Below are positions 46,896 to 56,594 of a stretch of 64,000 nucleotides of DNA, piece by piece (positions within the stretch are counted from its first letter, which is position 1; the number at the start of each line of letters is the position of its first letter). The stretch is taken from NCBI GenBank assembly GCA_964416765.1, contig CAYQEU010000001.1:212480-276479 (forward strand), given 5' to 3'. The notes under the pieces are model-generated. The model was not told the origin of the DNA. It searched no databases and was given only the letters and a program-made list of their open reading frames with translations. This stretch comes from an uncultured Candidatus Saccharibacteria bacterium. Its GTDB lineage: Bacteria; Patescibacteriota; Doudnabacteria; UBA920. The translations under genes and the position numbers were made by a program.

Positions 46896-47092
46896 AATTT
46901 AGTATAACAAAAAACCGCCATTGTAGGCGATTGAGTGGTGGGTGGGGTCTTGGCTGGCCTCCTCGGTCGCGGAAAACCCAAACTACAATATCCATAGGCT
47001 TTCCCAGCCGAAATTATTATACCAATTTTGACCCTCCTCGGACAGGCCAAAATGAGACAAATAAGACACTATAAAAAGGGGTGCTCAGTGTC

Positions 47093-47602
47093 TCATTTAT
47101 AAACGCATAAGTCCATTACTATTGGGTTAACAACCAAATAAATCTGCCACAACAAGAGAATTGAAAATATTAAAAATAGGGTTACAAAAATCAGTTTTTC
47201 TTTTGACCAACGTTCTTTAGCGATGACTGGATATTTTTGTTTAATAATTTCATGGAACTTGCGGAAGAAGGCCACAAGAATATAGGCAAATCCTAAAAAC
47301 AACAAACTTTTTAGTGCCTGATTGCCGGATGTAGTGTGCGGGACTCCGCAGTAAGATTGGGCAAGAAAAATTAAGAGTGATATTTCCGCAGCAACAAAGA
47401 ATAAGGCCCTTAGTACCACAAATCCGGCCATAAACATTATTATGGCGAGCAATGCTATCAATACCACCCCTTCAGTAATTCCTAGAGCTGCAAGGAAATG
47501 GCTTCCAAAATAACGATACCCAAGAAAAAATAGGCCAGTAATCACTAACGAAAAAGCGGCAGGTAGTATATTTTCTTTGCGAAGCAAAAGCTTTATATTC
47601 AT
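47093..47602 (-). CDS. small polytopic membrane protein (operon gene 5)
   Basis: 169 aa with four TM helices. The start overlaps the upstream stop (ATGA). Confidence 0.5.
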   Translation of the reverse strand: MNIKLLLRKENILPAAFSLVITGLFFLGYRYFGSHFLAALGITEGVVLIALLAIIMFMAGFVVLRALFFVAAEISLLIFLAQSYCGVPHTTSGNQALKSLLFLGFAYILVAFFRKFHEIIKQKYPVIAKERWSKEKLIFVTLFLIFSILLLWQIYLVVNPIVMDLCVYK

Positions 47603-48687
47603 AAAAGGTTATTCTTGAGTTTAACATTTTTCTTATCAGCCTGGACGTATTTTAATAAATCCTCCTCCCGCTCCAAGCCCCTGATCCGACCAGATACAAA
47701 GCCAAGGCGATAATCTATTCCTTCACTCATTAAACGCCAATTAGAGCCTTGTAGAGCTTTTTGGATGGCATTCTTCAAGTCTTTCTTACTGGTGTATTCA
47801 TCTCTGCCTTCTTTACTGTCGACGGCAGTAAAACCGACAACAACATCCTTAGTCATCTGAGGCGGCTGAAATTGCATACTAGTATATCCAGCGGCCTCAA
47901 ATACTGGGGCTAGAATTTTCTGGACTTCACCGAACGGTAGCTTTTTTATTTTGGCTATCGCATCGTATAAATCTTTATTTTTATCTCTTTCTTCCCACTC
48001 TTTGGCAAGCCTGCCCATTTCCATCAAGCGATGATATTCTTCAACGGCTTTATCTCCCTTTTCTTTATCAAAACAAAACCGCTTGCGGTCTTCTTCATAG
48101 TGCTCGTCAGGCTTTTCTTCTTTAATATGCAAGTCTAGAGTTTCGACCTCGGCATTGCCGCAACTATCACAGTTGTAAGTTATGGTAATAACTTCTCCGT
48201 TTCTTTCATCTTGGGAAGACATCTCGTGCTGACACTTTAAACACAAGTGAGGCTTAGTTATATATTCTTCGTTGTCCTCATAAAAAGCCCGTCTAGGCAG
48301 GCACTTATTCGGACAATCGTAGAAGAATAGAACCCGCTCAGATTCACCCTTGATGTCAAGGTGTTTGCTTGTACTACTCATCCCGGAGCCGCATTTCAGG
48401 CATTTTACTCCTCTGGGGGCAATAGCGTTCTCTTCGTGTTCATCTCTGCGACGATCGCGCTCCATCCATTCCCGAATAGTTTCTGGCTTGCGCATATATC
48501 GCTCGGCGCATTCGTAATACAGAGTTAGCTGATGGACAACGTATTGGGCATGCTTTTTATCCTTTTCTTGTCCTTCGTATCTGGACATATCCTGATTTAA
48601 CACAGCATCTTCCGATATTCTACATCGGCTGACAGTTATGGAGTCATAGAGGTCGCTATAATAAATTTCGTCTTTAAGATGCTTCAT
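47599..48687 (-). CDS. hypothetical protein with duplicated C4 zinc-ribbon (operon gene 4)
   Basis: Two paralogous segments: CLKCGSGMSS..(~22 aa)..YDCPNKC and CLKCQHEMSS..(~20 aa)..YNCDSCGN. No catalytic motif recognised. Confidence 0.5.
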   Translation of the reverse strand: MKHLKDEIYYSDLYDSITVSRCRISEDAVLNQDMSRYEGQEKDKKHAQYVVHQLTLYYECAERYMRKPETIREWMERDRRRDEHEENAIAPRGVKCLKCGSGMSSTSKHLDIKGESERVLFFYDCPNKCLPRRAFYEDNEEYITKPHLCLKCQHEMSSQDERNGEVITITYNCDSCGNAEVETLDLHIKEEKPDEHYEEDRKRFCFDKEKGDKAVEEYHRLMEMGRLAKEWEERDKNKDLYDAIAKIKKLPFGEVQKILAPVFEAAGYTSMQFQPPQMTKDVVVGFTAVDSKEGRDEYTSKKDLKNAIQKALQGSNWRLMSEGIDYRLGFVSGRIRGLEREEDLLKYVQADKKNVKLKNNLL

Positions 48688-49829
48688 ACTTTTACATCCT
48701 GCACTTCAATGTTATCACCAAAAAATTCTTGGACAAGTTCGTTATATCGATAGAAGTCTCCTAAGATTTTCATTGCAAGCTCGAGATCTAAACTACCATC
48801 TATTCTAAATAATTTAATTTTACTACATTTTATCTTTGTGTCTTCGGCTCCCGAGCTCCATTTATAAGCTACTCTTCTATTATGTTCTTCGGAAGTGTAG
48901 ACCATTACAGCAGGATCAAAGTGTACAAATTTTTCTATATTTTTATTCCAAAGCATATGAACATACTTATGGAGAATATATTTGTTAGACTTAGCTGGTA
49001 TAATTTCTTCTATCTCAATTGATTTCATACCATCTTTAGTATTACTAATATAAAATTCGGTCCTTATTAGCGAATAGGCGAAGTCTAGTAATGGGTCTTC
49101 TGTGCTTCTTGTGTGAATAGTCACTCCCTTAAAATTAGGGTCGTTCATTCTTCCAATACTAAATTTAGGACCAAACCAATGATCCATTTCTATAAGCTCA
49201 CTAACCTGTAATGTACGTGAAATCCTTATAGGATCCAAAGCTAAACTTAGTTCTAAATTTTTATTTTGAGACACTTCTCGCAAGTAGGCAGTTATCTCAG
49301 TGAAATTGACAGAATGGTATCTACGTAGATAAGGATGGTAGTAAATCCTATACATGTTTTTATATATAATATACTGATTTTCTAAACGAAAGTCGGGAGT
49401 TATTTTTACCAATCCATATCTATCAAATTTTAAATCTGTTATAACATCAGACAAGTTAGATTTTCTTATATCCTTGAAAATAAAATCTTCCTTTTTTGGA
49501 TAAAGACTCCAAAGATCGCTCTCAATTAAATGGCAAGCATATACATCGGGAGAATAATTGCTTTTGCTCACCATGAAGTGAACGACAGGGTTATTTATTT
49601 TCAAAAAATCTTCAACCGCCTCAGTAGTAAGTATGCCGACCTGGGCTCTATACATTTCGATTAAGCATCGTAAATTATAACCAATATCTGATTGGGCTTC
49701 CATATAACGATATATCATCAACGGAAAGATGTTTTCATTAGCCAATTCTTTACACAAAATCAAAAGATAATGCTCAGCTGAGCTGAGCATCTTTTTATCA
49801 TTATCGAATATAAATTTAGCAATATTCAT
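48684..49829 (-). CDS. hypothetical protein (operon gene 3)
   Basis: 381 aa, Tyr/Lys-rich and AT-biased codon usage. No recognisable domain. 4-nt overlap with gene 4. Confidence 0.5.
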   Translation of the reverse strand: MNIAKFIFDNDKKMLSSAEHYLLILCKELANENIFPLMIYRYMEAQSDIGYNLRCLIEMYRAQVGILTTEAVEDFLKINNPVVHFMVSKSNYSPDVYACHLIESDLWSLYPKKEDFIFKDIRKSNLSDVITDLKFDRYGLVKITPDFRLENQYIIYKNMYRIYYHPYLRRYHSVNFTEITAYLREVSQNKNLELSLALDPIRISRTLQVSELIEMDHWFGPKFSIGRMNDPNFKGVTIHTRSTEDPLLDFAYSLIRTEFYISNTKDGMKSIEIEEIIPAKSNKYILHKYVHMLWNKNIEKFVHFDPAVMVYTSEEHNRRVAYKWSSGAEDTKIKCSKIKLFRIDGSLDLELAMKILGDFYRYNELVQEFFGDNIEVQDVKV

Positions 49830-49837
49830 TTTAGCAA

Positions 49838-51196
49838 TTAAAAAGGTATATCATCTACAGAAACTTCTTTTTCAACTACCGGCATTAGGTCTTCTGCCTC
49901 TAGCCCCTCTAGCAACAAATTTGTATCTGCCTGTGGCAATTCTTGGACTGTTTTTAACTTTTTCTCAATAGTTCTAGATTTTTTAGCCGCATCTTCAATA
50001 GTATTACTTGCTTCACTCAACTTCTTTTGCGTTTTTTCTAAGATATCTCCAAATCTTCCAAACTCTGTCTTTACAGCTCCCAAAATTGACCAAACTTCTC
50101 CAGAACGTTTTTGAATAGCCAAAGTTCTAAAGCCCATTTGCAAACTATTTAACAGCGCACCTAAAGTCAAAGGGCTAGTAACTATTACTCTGCATTCTCG
50201 CTGGAGCATCTCGCATAATCCCGGCCTTCTGGCAACTTCTGCGTATAAGCTTTCATAAGGTAAAAATAGTATGCCGAAATCAGTGGTATGAGGAGGATTA
50301 ATATACTTATCTCTTATGGATCGTGCCTCTGTTTTGATTCTGATTTCTAGTTGTTTAGAAGCTGCTTCCACTAAATCGGCATCTGCATTTTCATAAGCTT
50401 CTACGAGTCTTTGATAATCTTCTTGCGGAAATTTAGCATCAATAGGCAACCAAATTGGTTGCTTTGAATCATCGGGTCCAGGCAGTTTAATAGCAAATTC
50501 AACACGTTCGTTGCTTCTAGGTTTAGTAGCAACATTTTTATCATATTGCTCAGGATTTAAAATTTGTTCCAAAAGCGAACCTAACTGAACTTCACCCCAT
50601 ATACCCCTAGTTTTTACGTTTGTTAAAACTTTCTTTAAGTCTCCAACACCTAAAGCAAGGTTCTGCATTTCTCCCAAACCTTTATGGACCAATTCCAATC
50701 TGTCGCTTACTAATTTAAATGAGTCTCCAAGTCTGCGTTCTAAGGTAGCGTGCAATTTTTCGTCTACGGTCGCACGCATTTTTTCTAACTTTTCCTCATT
50801 GCCTTTTTGTAGTGAATCTAGCTTTTTCTCAACCACATCTTTTACTTGATCCAGCTTCTTTTCACTCTTATCTGTCAGTCCGGTAATTGTTTTGGATAGA
50901 GCATCAAAGTTCTTATTTTGAGCTTCCGCAAATTCAAAATTTCTTTTATCTACCGAGTCTCCAAAAGTTTTAATGGTATTTGCTAATTCTTCTCTCGTTA
51001 TTTTATTGTTATTCGCTAGCTCGGTCCTATTAGTAGAAAACTCTTCTTTGACCGTTTTTTCGATGCGCTCGATAGTCTTATCAATGCTTGCATTAATACT
51101 TTGCTCAGGGTCAGTATTTTTACTTGCGTTTTTTATGACCAAATAAATAATAAGCCCTTCTAGCAAAACGGTAATAACAAGTAAAATAAGTATCAT
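49838..51196 (-). CDS. rmuC: RmuC-family DNA recombination protein (operon gene 2)
   Basis: N-terminal TM, long coiled coil, and the RmuC signature RGIWGEVQLGSLLEQIL (compare E. coli RmuC ..GNWGEVQLERvLE..). Confidence 0.7.
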   Translation of the reverse strand: MILILLVITVLLEGLIIYLVIKNASKNTDPEQSINASIDKTIERIEKTVKEEFSTNRTELANNNKITREELANTIKTFGDSVDKRNFEFAEAQNKNFDALSKTITGLTDKSEKKLDQVKDVVEKKLDSLQKGNEEKLEKMRATVDEKLHATLERRLGDSFKLVSDRLELVHKGLGEMQNLALGVGDLKKVLTNVKTRGIWGEVQLGSLLEQILNPEQYDKNVATKPRSNERVEFAIKLPGPDDSKQPIWLPIDAKFPQEDYQRLVEAYENADADLVEAASKQLEIRIKTEARSIRDKYINPPHTTDFGILFLPYESLYAEVARRPGLCEMLQRECRVIVTSPLTLGALLNSLQMGFRTLAIQKRSGEVWSILGAVKTEFGRFGDILEKTQKKLSEASNTIEDAAKKSRTIEKKLKTVQELPQADTNLLLEGLEAEDLMPVVEKEVSVDDIPF

Positions 51197-51222
51197 ATAT
51201 TTAACTTAATTAGTTTGAAAGA

Positions 51223-54200
51223 TTAAAGAATAGGTTTAATATTCATTTCATCCAATTTTTTCCATAAACTATCCAGAGCTTTTTCCTTGTTTCGATAAAA
51301 AGCACTACCCGTAACACGCCAGAACTCCCAGCCAGCTCTGCGTAATTGCCTTTCTCTTACTTGATCTTCTTCCCAATTCTCTAAAGTATGATATTGGTCA
51401 CCATCGCATTCTACCGCCAATCTAGATTCTTCACCCTGAACAACTAAATCAATTCTATACCCAATTACCGGATATTCAGGTAAGACCTGATATCCTTTAT
51501 CAATCAATAAGTTGCCAACATCAACGGAAAATTGAGAAGCCCTACCAGCGTCAAATTCTTTCTTAAGTGCTTCACGTCCAGCATGCAGTTCTTCTTTCTT
51601 TGGGTCATAGAACCAGTTCAATATCTTATATCTCCAATCATTTTGATTACCCAATGATTCCAAAGGTAAGGAATGGAATAAGAACATCTGATCACGAGCT
51701 CTCGAGGCGGCAACGTTAAATCTACGTTTTGCGTCTTCATTAGTTAACGGTGCTACCGTATCATTTTTGTCATTCGGATTTAAGGCGCGAACCATAGACA
51801 ATAGCATTACATCACGCTCATCGCCTTGAAACTTATAAGCATCACCACACTGAATCTGTCTTTCTTCAATTTCTTTTTCAGTAAGTACGCCTTGAACTAC
51901 GAGATTTCTTATTAACTTTTCAATGTATTTAGCCTGATCTTCAGCTAACAGAGAGATTATTCCAAAAGTGCACAATCGGCCATCGGGACGTTTCTGATAT
52001 TTTGGGTCTTTAAGACACTCCACTAATTTGTTTATAATTGCTTCTGCTTCGGGCTCGTTAACTTTGTTATTAGTATTTTGGTAGCCTTTTTCAATAAACA
52101 CCGGAACCAGTGCAGGCTTTAGTAAGCCCTTAGGATTAGGATAACGCAATGGTTTAAGCTTGCCCTCGTAAATATGGTGATTACTAAATGCAATGATTTC
52201 AGGAACGCATCGGAAGTGTTCATTAAGCTGAATAATATTAGATAGTCTAATTTTGGCTAAATCAAACAAACTAGAAGTAATGGAAAAGCTATCTTTGAAT
52301 GGAATATCAAATAAAAATCTAGAAATTAGCTCAAATATCCTTTCCTGATCTTGAAATATACCTGCGGGGCTTATTTGCTCAGGATCACCTACTACCAAGA
52401 GCTTCTTGCCTAAATACCCAATTGTTAAACCTCGGATATCGCATTGACTTGCTTCATCAAATATCACCACATCAAATAAACCAGGTTTAGGTTCTGCAAA
52501 CATTTGCGCCGCCCGATGCAAAGGCATGATCCAGACAGGTACAGCATTCTTGGCTTCTTTTAGAGCCTCTTGAGCTGCTCTTAAATGTGTAACCGCATAT
52601 TTGCCAGTACCTTTTCCATATTTTTTCATTTCATGCGACCAAGCCATTAAAGCGTCGCGCTGCGGTTTTGTAACCTTATCAATCTGTCTTTGCCAGGCGA
52701 GAACAGTAACCAGTTCTGAATTTAACTGGTATTCCTTTTTCGTAAGTCGTTCAAATCTATTTTGCAATTCGTCAATATCAATATGATCATGGATAGTATC
52801 CAACCATGATTCTAGTCTTGCTATTTTCCATGCCAGTTCTAAATTTTTAGGATAATTTAATTTTTTATGATGTTCTGCAAGTTCTTTTAGGTCAGAAAAA
52901 AGGTTGGGAGCAACTTTAGAAATTCTTGAAGAAATCTCCTTAAGCTTTATGGATTGATTTCTATTCTCATGAATAATGTTCAATTCTTCAAAGGATGCTT
53001 TCCATCCAGATGAACTCCTTTTTTGCAGAGCATCAATTAAGTTTTTAACTATCGGGTGCTTAGTTTTATCATTTACGGAATCTTGTAATTTTAGGGTCCA
53101 TCCGGAAAACAATTTTTCTAACTCGATAAGTTCAAATTTTGCTACTGTGGAAGTAATGATAGCTATGATCCTTTCTATATCAGTAGGACTGGTAAAAGAT
53201 AAGTCCGATAGTTCTTTCGTTTTCTGGCAAAAAGAGTTTATGCTAGCGTATTCATCGGTATAATTTACTATTCTATGCAGACTGGCACATAGTACTTCAA
53301 GTTTTACGATATCTACCAATATATCAAAATCGGGAGATGATTTAAGACCGGAAAAACTCTGTTCAAGTAAAAGTTCAATTTCCTTTTGTGCTTTGATGGC
53401 CTGTACGTAATGGCGGAACAGTTCAACACTTTCCTTTTCAGTAGGTGCACTTCCATTCACCGTGTAAGTTTCTAAGACTTTTTTAGCGATTGAGGGTAAG
53501 AGGATTTTATTTAAAGTAGTTATCTTTCCTCCATTTTTAACTTTTTCAAGTAAAGCATTTACTGCCTTATTTAGATCATTAATAGAAAGTTGCGTTTTAC
53601 CCTCAACTTCGTGACCTAATAAGGCATTGTGACAAGTGCCGATTAAACTTATTTTTTCGGAAATTTTCTCAATTACTGTCCGCCATTTTTCCTTTTCGTG
53701 AGTACTCGAAGCACAAAGATTAAAAATTTCTAACTCATATCCCTCACGAATCGAGTTTAGTAATTTCTTAGCATCTAGCAATTTATTCCATACGCTGGTT
53801 AATTCTGCTGGTTCAAATTCCAGGTTTTTATGATTGAATACTTCGCTAGAGGTTTGAGCTTTATTAGAAAGATCCCTATACGAAGCAAAGGCTTGTAATA
53901 CAGCTTCTTCGTCAGGTAACGTAGATAGCGGGGGTAATTCGTATTTATATAAATCTCTATCCTCTCGGGTTAAATGAGATAATAGTTCATGGCACGCAAC
54001 TATATCTTGATCCGTAAAATCAAGCTCTATCTTAAAATCTATATTATCAGTGAACCAATCAATATCGCCAGTTTTCCTATGTTTATTTACCAGCTGCGCC
54101 GCGTCAATTGGTTTAATGACTTCGTTACCAATATTTATTTCTGCAGTTGAGTCAGTGAGAATATAATGTCGTATCTGATTGGCTAGGTCTGCCTTTTCTG

Positions 54201-55842
54201 CTCGAACATCTTTTAGCTCCTTTCTAAAACGTTCCGCACGTTCCTCGCTAAATTTTGTGTGCCGCTCTCCTAAGTTTGAGCTTATTTCGCTAATTGATTG
54301 CTGGAGAACATCATCTCTCTTTGCAGTTTGGTGAAGTTGAGACACTGCCAAGCTACGAATATTTTCTGGTAGCTTATCTCTTAATACTTCTAGAGCCTTA
54401 CTTGTTTGGGAGGTAACTAAAACCGTCTTACCTTGCGCTAAGAAGCGGGATATTAGATTGGCAATCGTATGACTTTTACCAGTTCCGGGTGGACCTTTAA
54501 CTACAACACCATAATTTGAATCTAAACGTTCGGCAATTCTTTTTTGTTCATCATTCCACGGCAATGGGAAAAAGAGTTCTGATTCAGTAATTGACTTTTG
54601 TGCGGATCCGTCGGAAGATCCACTTTTGGTCTGTTCTTCATAGTCCCCAATAAGATCTTTGATAAACTCGGTGGGCTCAATATCACTTTGTTCTATATCT
54701 CTACGAATAAGTCCGGCGTATTTCGACCACAAGTCATTATTACGCTTACGTGCAAAAATAACTGGGGCATTCCAAATGGCTGGTACTTCTGTCAGCTCAG
54801 GAGCAGTTACCATTTGGTCAGTAAATTTATCTTCGCTATCGGTTGATATGTAATTGATTAGTGTTCTGCTTTGAGTTTTCAGAGATTGCAGATGCCAGAA
54901 ATCGAAAGGATTTGCATTAATTGCATCGGTCCAAGCAATAAGATCCATTTCCGCAGGATTATCCATTTCATACAGAGGAGACGTTTCTACAAATCCTCTA
55001 AACATCGTATCTGCAGAAATCTCAATGACTCGCTTGGAAGCATCAAAGTCAATTGTTAATGGAGTTAGGAAAACAGGAGCGTATATTGCACCCACAGACT
55101 TACTTTGCCACGTAAGAAGACCTTGACCCAACAGAAGCTCATAACTATCACCTTCATTTTTTAGCAATAGTCTTAGCGCATATAATTGATCGTATAAGAG
55201 GTTTGCTTTATAAACCTTTTTAACCTTATTTGCCCAAGGCTCCCAATCGTTTTTAATATAACCCTTTAATAATTTCTCGAGCTCAGGATGATCATTCCAA
55301 TGATCTTCTAGGTACTGAAGTTCAATATGCTCTGGTAAACTCTGTGGGTTGACGGTAACCCAATCTTCCAATATTTTAGGAATTCTTTGACCCTGCTCAT
55401 AGCTCTTTTTAAAATTTTTAAATTCGCTGATCCTATTTTTGTCTTGATCAAAACTTATTTGGCGATCTATTTTTTCTTTAGGCTTTGGCTGTGTAAGTGG
55501 TGTAACTTCTTCAATCCATTCTTCTAAAGCTTTTGGTAATACTGGCGCGCTCTTGATGTTCTTTTTCTCTACACGTAACCAAGCAGCAGACGAAGGGAGA
55601 ACCTCGGTATTACTTTCAGTTTCAAACGGCCTAATAGATAAGTTCTCCACATCTAATGGAAAATCAGCCAACCACCATGGAGATGGTGGGGTTGCAACAT
55701 TTCTAAAATCTCGGACTACTGCATCATCAAGAGATAAAGCCTTTTCTAAGTAAGTAAATAATCTTACTATCTTATTTCCCTGATCACTTATACTTTTAAC
55801 AGTAGGACCTTTTTGTTCTGTAAGAGGTACCTTATCGGACAT
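51223..55842 (-). CDS. 1539-aa SF1 helicase (Upf1/DNA2-like AAA_11/AAA_12) with N-terminal DUF4011-like region and C-terminal DUF559/Vsr-like PD-(D/E)xK endonuclease domain
   Basis: Walker A VVKGPPGTGKSHTIANL. Motif II VVIFDEASQ. Motif III LLVVGDPEQ. Motif VI FNVAASRARDQMFLFHS. C-terminal IGYRIDLVVQGEESRLAVECDGDQYH resembles the DUF559/Vsr nuclease module. Confidence 0.8.
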   Translation of the reverse strand: MSDKVPLTEQKGPTVKSISDQGNKIVRLFTYLEKALSLDDAVVRDFRNVATPPSPWWLADFPLDVENLSIRPFETESNTEVLPSSAAWLRVEKKNIKSAPVLPKALEEWIEEVTPLTQPKPKEKIDRQISFDQDKNRISEFKNFKKSYEQGQRIPKILEDWVTVNPQSLPEHIELQYLEDHWNDHPELEKLLKGYIKNDWEPWANKVKKVYKANLLYDQLYALRLLLKNEGDSYELLLGQGLLTWQSKSVGAIYAPVFLTPLTIDFDASKRVIEISADTMFRGFVETSPLYEMDNPAEMDLIAWTDAINANPFDFWHLQSLKTQSRTLINYISTDSEDKFTDQMVTAPELTEVPAIWNAPVIFARKRNNDLWSKYAGLIRRDIEQSDIEPTEFIKDLIGDYEEQTKSGSSDGSAQKSITESELFFPLPWNDEQKRIAERLDSNYGVVVKGPPGTGKSHTIANLISRFLAQGKTVLVTSQTSKALEVLRDKLPENIRSLAVSQLHQTAKRDDVLQQSISEISSNLGERHTKFSEERAERFRKELKDVRAEKADLANQIRHYILTDSTAEINIGNEVIKPIDAAQLVNKHRKTGDIDWFTDNIDFKIELDFTDQDIVACHELLSHLTREDRDLYKYELPPLSTLPDEEAVLQAFASYRDLSNKAQTSSEVFNHKNLEFEPAELTSVWNKLLDAKKLLNSIREGYELEIFNLCASSTHEKEKWRTVIEKISEKISLIGTCHNALLGHEVEGKTQLSINDLNKAVNALLEKVKNGGKITTLNKILLPSIAKKVLETYTVNGSAPTEKESVELFRHYVQAIKAQKEIELLLEQSFSGLKSSPDFDILVDIVKLEVLCASLHRIVNYTDEYASINSFCQKTKELSDLSFTSPTDIERIIAIITSTVAKFELIELEKLFSGWTLKLQDSVNDKTKHPIVKNLIDALQKRSSSGWKASFEELNIIHENRNQSIKLKEISSRISKVAPNLFSDLKELAEHHKKLNYPKNLELAWKIARLESWLDTIHDHIDIDELQNRFERLTKKEYQLNSELVTVLAWQRQIDKVTKPQRDALMAWSHEMKKYGKGTGKYAVTHLRAAQEALKEAKNAVPVWIMPLHRAAQMFAEPKPGLFDVVIFDEASQCDIRGLTIGYLGKKLLVVGDPEQISPAGIFQDQERIFELISRFLFDIPFKDSFSITSSLFDLAKIRLSNIIQLNEHFRCVPEIIAFSNHHIYEGKLKPLRYPNPKGLLKPALVPVFIEKGYQNTNNKVNEPEAEAIINKLVECLKDPKYQKRPDGRLCTFGIISLLAEDQAKYIEKLIRNLVVQGVLTEKEIEERQIQCGDAYKFQGDERDVMLLSMVRALNPNDKNDTVAPLTNEDAKRRFNVAASRARDQMFLFHSLPLESLGNQNDWRYKILNWFYDPKKEELHAGREALKKEFDAGRASQFSVDVGNLLIDKGYQVLPEYPVIGYRIDLVVQGEESRLAVECDGDQYHTLENWEEDQVRERQLRRAGWEFWRVTGSAFYRNKEKALDSLWKKLDEMNIKPIL

Positions 55843-55952
55843 AACGAATTTTGCGTTGGTAAATATGCCTTATTTTAGCATTTTTTATTCAATGTTTACA
55901 AAGGATAGACGTTCATAATCTATCCAAAAAGAATTTAGATTTTCTTTAACTT

Positions 55953-56594
55953 TTATTTATTTACGACCCATTCAGCTGGTAGATAACCAGAAAGACCTAC
56001 TTTATCTTTATCAACGTCGTTAACTCCAGCGAGAATCCTCACTCTTCGGTACGGAAAACTTTTATCAATGAGCTGTACTTTTGATCCGTTGCCTACACAA
56101 AATGCACCGGGAATTTCTAAAAGGCCTAGAAAATCTTTGGCTGCAAGAGCCTTGCCGATAGCTTCAGCGTCATCTTTAGTTTTACCAAGACAGATATTTT
56201 GATCAGTGCCGTCGTATCCCGGAATACGAAGATAACCTTGATCACCAACTTTCATACTTTCCCAATCCCCACCGGTTGCAGCGGTAGTAGCAGGTTGATT
56301 ACCATTTTGAATTTCTGCGGACTTTTGTCGGGCACTATCTTTTGAGCTGCTGGCTATACCAATAACAATTGGCAGTCCAAACAATAAAAGTAGTGCGGTT
56401 AATACTTTATGCCTGCTGAACCAGTTTCTTAAATCACTCTGACACTGGGGACACTTCTTGGCCGTGGCATTGATTTCTGATTTGCAATGCGGACACACCT
56501 TAGTTGCTTGCATTCTTGTAGCATGGTCTTTCCGGCAAACGGATAAACAAAAGGGGCTACCCGCTTGCCTGACAGCCCCTTTCGGAACTGCCAA
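55953..56594 (-). CDS. Zn-ribbon membrane protein (N-terminal CPHC..CPQC, one TM, extracytoplasmic domain)
   Basis: CPHCKSEINATAKKCPQCQ then a TM (VLTALLLLFGLPIVIGIA). The start is ambiguous between M1 at 56594 and M28 at 56513. Confidence 0.45.
   Translation of the reverse strand: MAVPKGAVRQAGSPFCLSVCRKDHATRMQATKVCPHCKSEINATAKKCPQCQSDLRNWFSRHKVLTALLLLFGLPIVIGIASSSKDSARQKSAEIQNGNQPATTAATGGDWESMKVGDQGYLRIPGYDGTDQNICLGKTKDDAEAIGKALAAKDFLGLLEIPGAFCVGNGSKVQLIDKSFPYRRVRILAGVNDVDKDKVGLSGYLPAEWVVNK

Noticed and set aside
55903-55925. 7-bp inverted repeat GGATAGA..TCTATCC between the Zn-ribbon gene and the helicase operon as a terminator
   Set aside because: No following U-tract on either strand. 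It may be an operator or mean nothing, so it was not called.
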